From the NCBI GenBank assembly GCA_012517325.1, contig JAAYVF010000085.1, forward strand, positions 75,673 through 139,672: DNA of 64,000 nucleotides. Direction: 5' to 3'. Each line of letters opens with the position of its first letter. Within the stretch, counting starts at the first letter, position 1. This stretch comes from Myxococcales bacterium. Lineage in GTDB: Bacteria; Lernaellota; Lernaellaia; Lernaellales; Lernaellaceae. Below the pieces are notes generated by a model. It saw only the letters and a program-made list of their open reading frames with translations. It did not search any database and was not told where the DNA came from. Positions 9,147 through 17,931 of this stretch are shown here, in pieces. The position numbers and the translations under genes are program-made.

Positions 9147-12100
9147 ATGACGAGGATGAAGCCCATGAAGGCGTGGATGCCCTACCGGCCGTGGATGATC
9201 TCGTTGCTCATCGCGGTTTGTCTGCTCGTCGGCGACGTCGCGCCGGCGGTCATGGCCCAGCAGGATGAGTCCAAAACTCCGCCGCCGGCCAGCCAGCCGA
9301 ATGCCGCGATTCCCGATACCGTGCCGGGAGTGCAGGCGGCGATCGAGCAACTGGAAAAGCAGATCGCCGATCTGGAAAGCGAAGCCGACAAGCTGGTCAG
9401 CGTCAACGATCAGGAAAAACGGCAGGCGATCCGCAAGCAGATCAAGACCTTGCGTTTTCAGATCAAGATTCTTCAAAACCGCATGGATCAATTGCAGCAG
9501 ACCGAATCGCAGGCCGGCGCCATCGCGGTCCGCGAAAAGTACCGTGAGAAAATTCGCGCTTACGAAGCGCAAAAAGCCGCCGTGCGGCGGGAAATCATCG
9601 CCCAGTTCGAAGCCAATCTGGCCCGCAATCCCAATAGCCGGGTCGCCCCCGACATTCTCTGGCGACTCGCCAACCTTTATTTCGAAGAGGCCCACGCCAA
9701 TTACCTCGAAGCCTGGGATCGCTACGAAAAAGAAGCCGACCAGCTCTACCACCAAGGAGCGACCGACGTCGTTCCGGAAGAGCCCAAGCGCAACTACGAG
9801 CGTTCGGTCGAAATTCTCGGCCGCATTCTGAAGGATTACCCGGCCTACGATCAAAAAGACCAGGTGTACTACCTGATGGCCTACTGCCTGCAGGAATCGA
9901 ACGAGGACGACCGTGCCCTCCAGATTTACGATCGGTTGATCAAGGACACTCCCGAATCCGCCTACGTGCCGGAAGCCTACGTGCGGATGGGCGAGATTTA
10001 TTTCGAGCGCGATCAATTCGACAAGGCCATCGAGCGCTACCTGCAACTGATGAAGTACCCGACCTCCAAGTTTTACGACAAAGCCCTCTACAAGCTCGGC
10101 TGGTCGTATTACAAAATGAACGACTACGAGAACTCGGTGAAGTATTTCACCCAGGTTCTCGAGTACTACAAGAACCGTTCGGTGACTTCCCACAAGCGCG
10201 GCAAGGTGGACGACCTGTTGCAGGAATCCATCGATTACATCGCCATCAGCTTCACCGAATCCGAGGGGCAGCAGGGCGGCGCGGCCGCGCTGGCCTTCAT
10301 GAAAAAACTCAACGATCAGGATCTGGGCCGTCAAATCCTGATGAAGGTCGGCGAGGTTTACGACGAACGGACCGACTACGAGCCGGCCCGGCAGGCGTAC
10401 GACGCCTACCTCAAGGCCTTCCCGCTCGGGCCCGAGGTTCCGGATATCTACAGCAAAATCGCGCAAATGTACGAAAAAGAATCGCGTTTTGAGGACGCGG
10501 TCGAGGTTTATACGATGATCGGCAAGGCGCTGGGCCCCGACAGCGAATGGGCGCGGGTCAACGGCCAGCGCGCCGCCGATCTCGAGCGCGCCGCTAAACT
10601 GCGCCAAACTTCCATCATGGCGGCGGCGACCTTCCATCACGAAAAAGCGCAAAACACCTCCGGCGCCGAGCAGCAGGCGCATTACCAAAAGGCCATCGAG
10701 AATTATCAGCTCTACCTGGCCAACTACCCGGACTCCGACAACGCCTACGAATCGGCGTTCAACCTCGCCGAATGCTTCATGGAACTGCAGCAGTACCCGC
10801 AGGCGGCCGATCAATATCAAAAAGTGATCGACATCAAGAAAGACAAGGAACTGTGGACCAACGCCTTGTTCAATAAAGCGAAGGCCTTCGAACTCGAAAT
10901 GGAAAAAGAGGGCGGCCTGCCCAACAAAGAGGCGATCGAGGCGCGCGACAAGAAAATCAGCGAAGGCAAGGGGTCCGAGCAGCCCAAGGGCGTGGCGATC
11001 AAACCGCAACCGCTCAGCGCCACCGCCGGCAAATGGATCGCGGCCCTGGAGCAGCACGTCAACAATCTGCCGGAATCCGATAAAAGTCCGGCCATGCTCT
11101 ACAAAATCGGCGAAATCTATTACCTTTACGGCGATTTCGACAACGCCCGCAAATACTTCGAGGACGTGTTTGCCAAGTATCCGAACAACGAAGTCGTCGC
11201 CTTCGCGACCTACTACTACATCGAATCCTACAAACAGCGCGACGATTACCAAGGCATCATCGCCGCGACCCAGCGCCTGCCCAAGAGCGGCAACACCGGC
11301 ATTTCGGCCGAACAGGTGCAAAGCCTGACCGCCGGCGCAACCTTCAAGATCGCCGAACAAAAACTGCGCGACGCCACCAGCACGACTCCGGTGGACACCA
11401 AGCTCGTGCAGGAAGCGATCAACGAATACGAAAAAGGCATCAAGGAAAATCCGGGCGACAAACTGGCCGACGTCGCGATGCTCAACATCGCGGTCGCCTA
11501 CGAAAATCACCTGAAAGACCTGGTGCGCGCCAACGACGCTTATCTCCGCCTGGCGCGCGATTTCCCCAAAAGCACCCATGCTCCCGAAGCCTTGATGCGC
11601 GCCGCCTACAACTACCAGGTTCTGATCGAATTCGATCAGGCCGCCGGCGCCTACGAAAAATTTTACCAGCAATTCCCCGATAACAAGGACGCCGGTAACG
11701 CCCTGTTCAATGCCGCCGCCCTGCAAGAGGACTCCAAACGGTATTCCTCGGCCAGCCCGCTGTTCGAAACCTACCTGTCCAAGTTCGCCACCGAAACCGA
11801 CGCGGCGGAAGTCGCGTTCACCATCGCCCAGATCCACGAAAAAATGGGTGACAAGTCCGGCGCCGTCGCCGCCTACGAGAATTACGCCAAGCGGGGCAAC
11901 GACGATGCCGCGCGGATGAGCGAAGCCTACTTCCGTTGGGGCTCCATCGAGGACGAGTCCGGACGTTGGAGCGAGGCGGAAAAGCGCTATTTGCAGGCCG
12001 TGGCCGTGTTCGTCAAGGCGCACGAAATCGACGCGAACGTCGAGGCGCGTTACGCTTCCGAGGCGCAGTTCCGCATCGCGATGCACGCCTACGACAGCTA

Positions 12101-12659
12101 CAAGGCCATGGTCTTCACCGGCAACCTGAACAAAGACACCAACATCCTGAAGGAAAAGGCCGAGGCCTTCAAAAAACTGAAAGAGTACTTCGAACAGACC
12201 GTGACCTTCGGCAATTACACCTGGGCCACCGCTTCCTTGCACATGATCGGCGTGATCAACCAGGATTTCGCCGAGGCGCTGCTCAATGCCCCCACGCCCA
12301 AGGATCTGCCGCAGGAACAGCAAGACGAATACCTGTTCAAACTCGAGGAAATCGCCTTCCCCGTGAAGAACCGCGCCCTCGAAGCCTACAAGCAGAACGT
12401 GCAAAAAGGCATCAACGAGCGGCTCATCAACGAATGGATCGTGAAAAGCTTCCTCGAACTGAAAAAGCTCGAACCGGAAACCAAGGAACCGAAATTCGAA
12501 AAGGTCACCGGGCGGGAAACGCCTTCGTTCGCCTTCGCGGATATCGATCTGACCCTGCCGGTCATCCAAACGCCGGCGCCGACCACGCCGCCGGGAGGTA
12601 CGCCTCCGGCCGCTCCCGCCGCGCCACCGGCCGGGGGGAAAAAGGAGGTGGAGGAATGA
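9147..12659 (+). CDS. Large secreted TPR-repeat protein (about 1,170 aa; GltD/AgmU-like)
   Basis: Signal peptide (MISLLIAVCLLVGDVAPAVMA), N-terminal coiled coil, then more than 15 TPR-like repeats with W/Y/F-A-YY motifs. Pro-rich tail. The ATG at 9147 follows the stop of the previous gene. Confidence 0.65.
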   Translation: MTRMKPMKAWMPYRPWMISLLIAVCLLVGDVAPAVMAQQDESKTPPPASQPNAAIPDTVPGVQAAIEQLEKQIADLESEADKLVSVNDQEKRQAIRKQIKTLRFQIKILQNRMDQLQQTESQAGAIAVREKYREKIRAYEAQKAAVRREIIAQFEANLARNPNSRVAPDILWRLANLYFEEAHANYLEAWDRYEKEADQLYHQGATDVVPEEPKRNYERSVEILGRILKDYPAYDQKDQVYYLMAYCLQESNEDDRALQIYDRLIKDTPESAYVPEAYVRMGEIYFERDQFDKAIERYLQLMKYPTSKFYDKALYKLGWSYYKMNDYENSVKYFTQVLEYYKNRSVTSHKRGKVDDLLQESIDYIAISFTESEGQQGGAAALAFMKKLNDQDLGRQILMKVGEVYDERTDYEPARQAYDAYLKAFPLGPEVPDIYSKIAQMYEKESRFEDAVEVYTMIGKALGPDSEWARVNGQRAADLERAAKLRQTSIMAAATFHHEKAQNTSGAEQQAHYQKAIENYQLYLANYPDSDNAYESAFNLAECFMELQQYPQAADQYQKVIDIKKDKELWTNALFNKAKAFELEMEKEGGLPNKEAIEARDKKISEGKGSEQPKGVAIKPQPLSATAGKWIAALEQHVNNLPESDKSPAMLYKIGEIYYLYGDFDNARKYFEDVFAKYPNNEVVAFATYYYIESYKQRDDYQGIIAATQRLPKSGNTGISAEQVQSLTAGATFKIAEQKLRDATSTTPVDTKLVQEAINEYEKGIKENPGDKLADVAMLNIAVAYENHLKDLVRANDAYLRLARDFPKSTHAPEALMRAAYNYQVLIEFDQAAGAYEKFYQQFPDNKDAGNALFNAAALQEDSKRYSSASPLFETYLSKFATETDAAEVAFTIAQIHEKMGDKSGAVAAYENYAKRGNDDAARMSEAYFRWGSIEDESGRWSEAEKRYLQAVAVFVKAHEIDANVEARYASEAQFRIAMHAYDSYKAMVFTGNLNKDTNILKEKAEAFKKLKEYFEQTVTFGNYTWATASLHMIGVINQDFAEALLNAPTPKDLPQEQQDEYLFKLEEIAFPVKNRALEAYKQNVQKGINERLINEWIVKSFLELKKLEPETKEPKFEKVTGRETPSFAFADIDLTLPVIQTPAPTTPPGGTPPAAPAAPPAGGKKEVEE

Positions 12660-13774
12660 GGCGCCGACTGGTCATCCTGATTTCCGTGCTGGTGGTCGTT
12701 GTCTTCGCGGTCGCCTGCGGTTCGGCTCCGCCCAAACCGACCGAAAAGCCCAAGACTTCCCAGGCGCCGATGCAGACGACTCCGGATTTGGTGGGCCCCG
12801 AGGCGGCCCGGACCTACCAGGATCAAGCCAACAACGCCGCGAAAAACGGCGATTGGGCTCGCGCCGAGGAATTGTATTCCAAAGTCATCAAGGCCGATCC
12901 GCGCGTGGCGGAGGCGTATTACAACCGCGGCGTCGCGCGGATCAGACTCGGCAACAACGAAAGCGGCGCCAAGGATATGAAAATGGCGCTGACGCTCCGG
13001 CCCAACCTCGAAGCCGCGTTCGTCAATCTCGGCGCGGCCTATCTGGCCACCGGCCGGTTGAGCGCCGCCTTGCAGCAGTTCAACGCGGTTGTTTCCAAGC
13101 AACCGAACAACCTCGAAGCCAAGAACAATTTGGGCGCCGTTTACATGCGGATGGGCCAATACGATCGCGCCGAAACCATCTTCAAAGAGATCATTCGGCA
13201 GGATTACAAATTCGTGCCCGCCCATGTGAATATGGGATTGGTCTATTTTTACAAGGATTTGCCTCAATTGGCCGAGCGGGTTTTCAAGAACGCCGAAAAG
13301 CTGGACCCGAAAAACTCGGATTTGACCGCGAATTACGGTTACATGCTGCTGAAAATCGGCGAGTTGAGCCTGGCCAAGGTCCAATTCGAAAAATCTTTGA
13401 GAATCAATCCTAACAATGCCTCTGCCTTGACCAATATCGGAGCCTTGGAGATTATGCTTCGGCAGTTCGATAAGGCTCAGGCGCATCTGGATCGCGCGAC
13501 ACAAATCGATCCTTCCAATCCAAACACCTGGAGCAACCTCGGAGTGGCTCGCCGGGCGAGAGGAGATAACGACGGGGCAGAAGCGGCCTACAAAAAGGCG
13601 ATCGAAATCGATCCCAACTTGGCCGAGGCGTACTTAAATTACGGAATTTTCCTGGAAGAAGTGAAACAGGATCGCAAAGGCGCGATCGCGCAATATTCCA
13701 GGTACTGGCAAGCCGCCAAGAACCAATCGGGGACGAATCCGCGGGTTCCCGATTGGATCGACGCGCTTAAATAA
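12656..13774 (+). CDS. TPR-repeat lipoprotein
   Basis: Lipobox ...VFAVACGS; canonical TPRs (AEAYYNRGVARIRLGN, LEAKNNLGAVYMRMGQYDRA, ...). ATGA start/stop overlap with the upstream gene. Confidence 0.7.
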   Translation: MRRRLVILISVLVVVVFAVACGSAPPKPTEKPKTSQAPMQTTPDLVGPEAARTYQDQANNAAKNGDWARAEELYSKVIKADPRVAEAYYNRGVARIRLGNNESGAKDMKMALTLRPNLEAAFVNLGAAYLATGRLSAALQQFNAVVSKQPNNLEAKNNLGAVYMRMGQYDRAETIFKEIIRQDYKFVPAHVNMGLVYFYKDLPQLAERVFKNAEKLDPKNSDLTANYGYMLLKIGELSLAKVQFEKSLRINPNNASALTNIGALEIMLRQFDKAQAHLDRATQIDPSNPNTWSNLGVARRARGDNDGAEAAYKKAIEIDPNLAEAYLNYGIFLEEVKQDRKGAIAQYSRYWQAAKNQSGTNPRVPDWIDALK

Positions 13775-13792
13775 AGCGAAAGGGGTAACGCG

Positions 13793-14038
13793 ATGAAACG
13801 GCACCAGTGGGAAATCGTCATTGCCTTGGCGATTTTGGTCGGTTCGTTGTTGTGCCTCGCCGGAGTAGCCGCCGCGCAAAACTATATGGAACTCGATCCG
13901 ATCGTGGTCGAGGGCCAGATTCAGCGGCCGGAAGCGTCGTATATCATCCAGCGGGCGAATCTCGATTTCGGAATTATCGCGAAAAAACGGAGCTTCATTT
14001 ACAAGATCGAGGAATCGATCGATGGAGCGCCTTTCTGA
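13793..14038 (+). CDS. Small secreted protein (81 aa), position-equivalent to GltF-type small periplasmic components
   Basis: Signal peptide MKRHQWEIVIALAILVGSLLCLAGVAAA. Sits between the TPR lipoprotein and the TolQ-like gene. Confidence 0.4.
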   Translation: MKRHQWEIVIALAILVGSLLCLAGVAAAQNYMELDPIVVEGQIQRPEASYIIQRANLDFGIIAKKRSFIYKIEESIDGAPF

Positions 14039-14136
14039 TTTCGATTGAGCGATCATTTCCGGAAGGACGGGAATGAAGCCGCGAAGCCACGGAGCGCAAG
14101 GAGGAAGAGCACGGTTTTAATTGTCGTCCATCGGTT

Positions 14137-14808
14137 TTGACGAGGAGGAAAACGCGGTTGGGTACATGGTTCTATGAGATGTTCGACAAGGGTGGTTCGG
14201 TCATGTACGTCATCGCGGTTTTCAGCGTGTTGGCCATGGCGATTTCCATCGAGCGAGCGTTTTACATTCTGTTCCGCTACAACATCGATGGGCCGGCCTT
14301 CATGAAGAAGTTGCAGAAGCTGGTGGAGGCGCGCAATTACGACCGGGCGATTCAACTTTGCAACGCCGCTCCGAACGCGGCTTTATCGCGCGTGTTGCGG
14401 GCCGGTTTGTTGAAGGCCGGTCGCGATCAACGCGAGGTCCAGAACGCCGTGGACGAATCGGCGCTCGAGCTGTTGCCGCTGTTGCAGAAGCGCACCGGCT
14501 ACCTCCAGGTGATCGCCAACGTGTCCACGTTGTTGGGTTTGCTCGGCACGATCATCGGGATCATCGATTCGTTTCGCGCCGTCGCCCAGGTGGAAGCGAG
14601 CCAGCGGCAGCAGGCTCTGATGAAAGGTATTTACGTGGCGTTGTACACCACCGCCTTCGGTTTGATGGTCGCGGTGCCGACCCTGGTCGCACATGCCGTG
14701 ATCGACGCCCGGACGGTGAAGATTATCGATGAAATCGATGAATTTTCCGTCAAATTGATCAATTTGTTGGGCGCGATGAAAACCGAAAGCGACAAAAAGG
14801 TCCGCTGA
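14137..14808 (+). CDS. MotA/TolQ/ExbB-family proton channel (AglR-like)
   Basis: Three-TM topology and the conserved C-terminal LYTTAFGLMVAVPTLVAHAVI segment of the MotA/TolQ/ExbB family. True start is uncertain (TTG at 14137/14158 or ATG at 14179). Confidence 0.8.
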   Translation: MTRRKTRLGTWFYEMFDKGGSVMYVIAVFSVLAMAISIERAFYILFRYNIDGPAFMKKLQKLVEARNYDRAIQLCNAAPNAALSRVLRAGLLKAGRDQREVQNAVDESALELLPLLQKRTGYLQVIANVSTLLGLLGTIIGIIDSFRAVAQVEASQRQQALMKGIYVALYTTAFGLMVAVPTLVAHAVIDARTVKIIDEIDEFSVKLINLLGAMKTESDKKVR

Positions 14809-14841
14809 ACGGCGGACGCGGTGGCATGAGGGAGTAAACAC

Positions 14842-15426
14842 ATGGCCGGCCGACCCAGCAAGCGATTGCATTTGCAGCGGGCTCAGGGTGAGATCAACAT
14901 CCTGCCGGTCATGAATGTGATGGCGATTTTGGTGCCTTTTTTGTTGTTGTTCGCTTCGTTCATCAAGCTGACGATCATCGACACCGCCCTGCCGGCGGTG
15001 TCCGGGCCCGGCAGCAAGTACGTCGATGACGCCGAGGCATCGCCGACGCCGCCGCCGATGGAAAAGAAGCTCAATCTGACGGTCGCCATCATGAAGGAAG
15101 GGTTCATGATCGCCGGGATCGGCGGCATTCTCGACATCAACGGCGAGAATAAACCGGACCTCGTCGAGGTCGCGCCCCGGACGATCATCGCCAAGAAGCC
15201 GGACGGCGAATACGATTACGACAAATTGAAAGAAATTCTCATTCGAATCAAAGAGGCTTTTCCAGGACAGAACACGATCATTCTGTTGCCCGAGCCGTCG
15301 GTTCTATACCGGGACATCGTCAAGTTAATGGATGTCGCGCGGACTTATAAGAAGACGACTCCGGACGGAAAAGAAACCGAGGAATTGCTTTTTCCGGCGC
15401 CGGTGCTGGCCGCGCGCCTGATTTAG
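14842..15426 (+). CDS. ExbD/TolR-family protein (AglQ/AglS-like), with insertion
   Basis: N-terminal INILPVMNVMAILVPFLLLFA single-TM motif and a periplasmic domain. Longer than a canonical ExbD. Confidence 0.7.
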   Translation: MAGRPSKRLHLQRAQGEINILPVMNVMAILVPFLLLFASFIKLTIIDTALPAVSGPGSKYVDDAEASPTPPPMEKKLNLTVAIMKEGFMIAGIGGILDINGENKPDLVEVAPRTIIAKKPDGEYDYDKLKEILIRIKEAFPGQNTIILLPEPSVLYRDIVKLMDVARTYKKTTPDGKETEELLFPAPVLAARLI

Positions 15427-15448
15427 TCGCGAGTAGACGGGAGTAGGA

Positions 15449-15961
15449 ATGGCTTTTGCCGCCACCAAACGCAAACGGATCGCCCTGAATCGCCGGCTGG
15501 CCGAGCCGCTGAAGATCACCAGTCTGGTCGACTTGCTGACGATCCTGTTGGTGTTTCTGCTGCAAAGCTATTCGTCCGTCGAATTGACCGTGACGCCTTC
15601 GGAGGATTTGCATTTGCCGGTCAGCATCAATACCAAGGCGCCGATCGAATCGGTGCAATTGCTGCTGTCGACGCAGGCGATCGTCGTCGAAGGCAAGGCC
15701 GTCGCCCGGGTGACGCCCGATTTCGAAATCGAAGACGTCCCGGCGAAGAGCTTGGAAATCCCGGTGGTTTATACCGCGCTCAAGAAGCAGGCGGAAATCG
15801 AGAAACAGCGCGCTCGTCGCTTTGGTCGCGAATTCAACGGCAACATCACCATCCAGGCGCACGAGACACTGCCCTATAAATTGATTGCCAAGGCCATTTT
15901 TACGGCCGGTCGCGCTGAGTTCGGAAACATCAAGTTCATGGCGTTTAAAGCTGAGGATTGA
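15449..15961 (+). CDS. ExbD/TolR-family protein (second paralog)
   Basis: ITSLVDLLTILLVFLL TM motif and an ExbD-like periplasmic domain (ITIQAHETLPYKLIAKAI). Confidence 0.7.
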   Translation: MAFAATKRKRIALNRRLAEPLKITSLVDLLTILLVFLLQSYSSVELTVTPSEDLHLPVSINTKAPIESVQLLLSTQAIVVEGKAVARVTPDFEIEDVPAKSLEIPVVYTALKKQAEIEKQRARRFGREFNGNITIQAHETLPYKLIAKAIFTAGRAEFGNIKFMAFKAED

Positions 15962-16000
15962 TCGTGTTGCCGCGATCAGGTTGCGCGGGGAGAAAGGAAA

Positions 16001-17299
16001 TTGGCGATGCCCGGTGAAACTGCGGCTCGGGTTTTAAAAGTCGGCTTGGTCCAGGACGGCAAGCTCATCGAAGATAGCGTCCTGGGCAGCAGGGAAGGTC
16101 TGACCATCGGCCTGGACCCGACGAATAAATTTTCGATTGCGGAACCTGCGGCGCCTCGTCGGCACATGCTGATCGAATATACCCAACACGGGTATAAGCT
16201 CAATCTGCTACCCGAGATGAAGGGCCGGATGCTGATCGACGACCGGACGATCGAACTGGCCGAATTGATCTCGTCGGGTAAAGCGGTCAAGTCGCCCAAG
16301 GGCGGCTACGAAATGCCGCTCGTCGCCTCCAGCAAAGGCAAGATCGCCATCGGCGGCAGCACGATCCTCTTCCAACTCGTGCCGCCTCCGCCGCCGCCGG
16401 CGATGATGAAACTGCCCAAGGAACTGAAGGCCAGTTTCTTCCGCAACGTCGACATGTTCTTTTTAATCGTGTTGGTGATCAGCGCGGTGTTGCACGCCGC
16501 GATGATTTATTACCTGGAAAACGTCGATTACAACGAAGAAGAGGCGATGAAGGTCGCCACCGAACGGTTCGTCCAGATCGTCGAGGAAGACATCATCGTG
16601 CCCGAGGAGGAAACCCAGGCCGAGGATGAGGAAGGCGGCAAGAAGGGCGGTGGCGGCGGCGGTGGCGGTGGCGGCGGCCAGCAAGCCGTCGAGAACAAGG
16701 GCATCATCGCCGTCATCGGCCGGCTCAGCACGCAGAGCGGCGCCGTGGCCGACTTGCTGTCCGAATCCGGGTTGGGCGGCGATCTGACCAACGCCCTGAA
16801 CAGCATCGGCGGCGTCAAGGTCGGCAAGCCGGGCGACATCGGCATCGGCGGCGGCACCAAAGGATCCGGTTCCGGTCCGGGCGGCGGTTCGGGCGTCGGC
16901 ATCGGCGACATCGGCAATGCCGGCCGGGGCGGCTCCGTCGGCACCGGCGACCGTTCCGAGCGGAAAATCACCGCCAAGCTGTCGACGGCCGACGGCGGTG
17001 TATCGGGCAAAATCGACGCTTCCAAAGTTCGTGGGTACATTCGCAGCCAATTGGGCGGCGTTCGCCATTGTTATGAAATGCAGTTGAAGTCGACTCCGAC
17101 CTTGGAAGGCAAGGTAAAGGTAATGTTCACCATCGGGTCGTCAGGGGACGTAGTCAGTTGCTCGGTCGCACAAAACACCATGGGCAACACGCTGGTCGGC
17201 GATTGCGTTTGTCGCCGCGTTCAGCGCTGGCGTTTCCCGCCGCCGGACGAGGGCACGGTGACGGTGTCGTATACCTTTATCTTCCAGCCCGCGGAATAA
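16001..17299 (+). CDS. GltG/AgmX-like protein: FHA-like N-terminus, TM helix, Gly-rich linker, AgmX/PglI-type (TonB_C-like) Cys-containing C-terminal domain
   Basis: N-terminus has an FHA-like TIGLDPTNKFSI...PRRHMLIEY segment. PPPPPP stretch. TM helix FFLIVLVISAVLHAAMIYY. GGGGGGGGGGG run. C-terminal segment GYIRSQLGGVRHCYEMQL...VSCSV...VGDCVCRRVQRWRFPPP resembles the AgmX/PglI C-terminal domain. Confidence 0.6.
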   Translation: MAMPGETAARVLKVGLVQDGKLIEDSVLGSREGLTIGLDPTNKFSIAEPAAPRRHMLIEYTQHGYKLNLLPEMKGRMLIDDRTIELAELISSGKAVKSPKGGYEMPLVASSKGKIAIGGSTILFQLVPPPPPPAMMKLPKELKASFFRNVDMFFLIVLVISAVLHAAMIYYLENVDYNEEEAMKVATERFVQIVEEDIIVPEEETQAEDEEGGKKGGGGGGGGGGGQQAVENKGIIAVIGRLSTQSGAVADLLSESGLGGDLTNALNSIGGVKVGKPGDIGIGGGTKGSGSGPGGGSGVGIGDIGNAGRGGSVGTGDRSERKITAKLSTADGGVSGKIDASKVRGYIRSQLGGVRHCYEMQLKSTPTLEGKVKVMFTIGSSGDVVSCSVAQNTMGNTLVGDCVCRRVQRWRFPPPDEGTVTVSYTFIFQPAE

Positions 17300-17311
17300 G
17301 GAGGTGGGGTC

Positions 17312-17866
17312 ATGAAAAGATGGACCGTTTTCTTGATCGCCTGCACTCTGCTGACGTGCTTCGCCGCGTCAGGGTGGGCGCAGGATCGGTCGGACCAGAC
17401 AAGTAAAATCGAGCTGGCGAAACAGTACCTGGCATGGATGAAGGCCCAAACCGACCAGTTGGATCAAGAATTGCTGCAAGCGCGACGCGAGCAGAATTCC
17501 AAAAAGATCAACTGCATCGAGGACCGACTGGCCGCGCTCAAGGAAATCATGGGCGAAACGGACGCCATGAATCAACGGTTGCGCGCGTTTTCCATGCAGC
17601 AGCGGCTGACGGAAGCAAACAAGGTTTTCACCAAATTGGCCAACAATCAGCGGTTGGCGGAACAGATCATCAATCTGGTGAAAGATTGCTTCAAGAACAT
17701 CAACGTCGAGGGCGGGTTCGTGGAAACCCTCGAGGAATGGCTGGGCGAGCCGACCGGCGAAGATCGTCCGGGCTATGATCCGACGGAATCGCAACCTCGT
17801 CCGGGAGAACCCGAACCGGTGCCGAATGAGTTCACGCCCGGTCCGGTAAGCGAGGAAGAAGAATAG
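17312..17866 (+). CDS. Secreted coiled-coil protein with Pro-rich tail
   Basis: Signal peptide MKRWTVFLIACTLLTCFAASGWA, heptad-rich middle, C-terminal P/E-rich region. Confidence 0.5.
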   Translation: MKRWTVFLIACTLLTCFAASGWAQDRSDQTSKIELAKQYLAWMKAQTDQLDQELLQARREQNSKKINCIEDRLAALKEIMGETDAMNQRLRAFSMQQRLTEANKVFTKLANNQRLAEQIINLVKDCFKNINVEGGFVETLEEWLGEPTGEDRPGYDPTESQPRPGEPEPVPNEFTPGPVSEEEE

Positions 17867-17931
17867 TAACTGAGAAAACTCAATAATAATGATTATATTT
17901 GAGTTGGCATGCTAATTATCTGAGGAATTAA

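Noticed and set aside
7049-12569. Antisense giant ORFs 7049..8728(-) and 9099..12569(-) opposite the TPR genes
   Set aside because: No stops by chance in GC-rich antisense. Low-complexity R/G/E/F-rich products. The sense-strand TPR proteins have signal peptides and coherent repeats.
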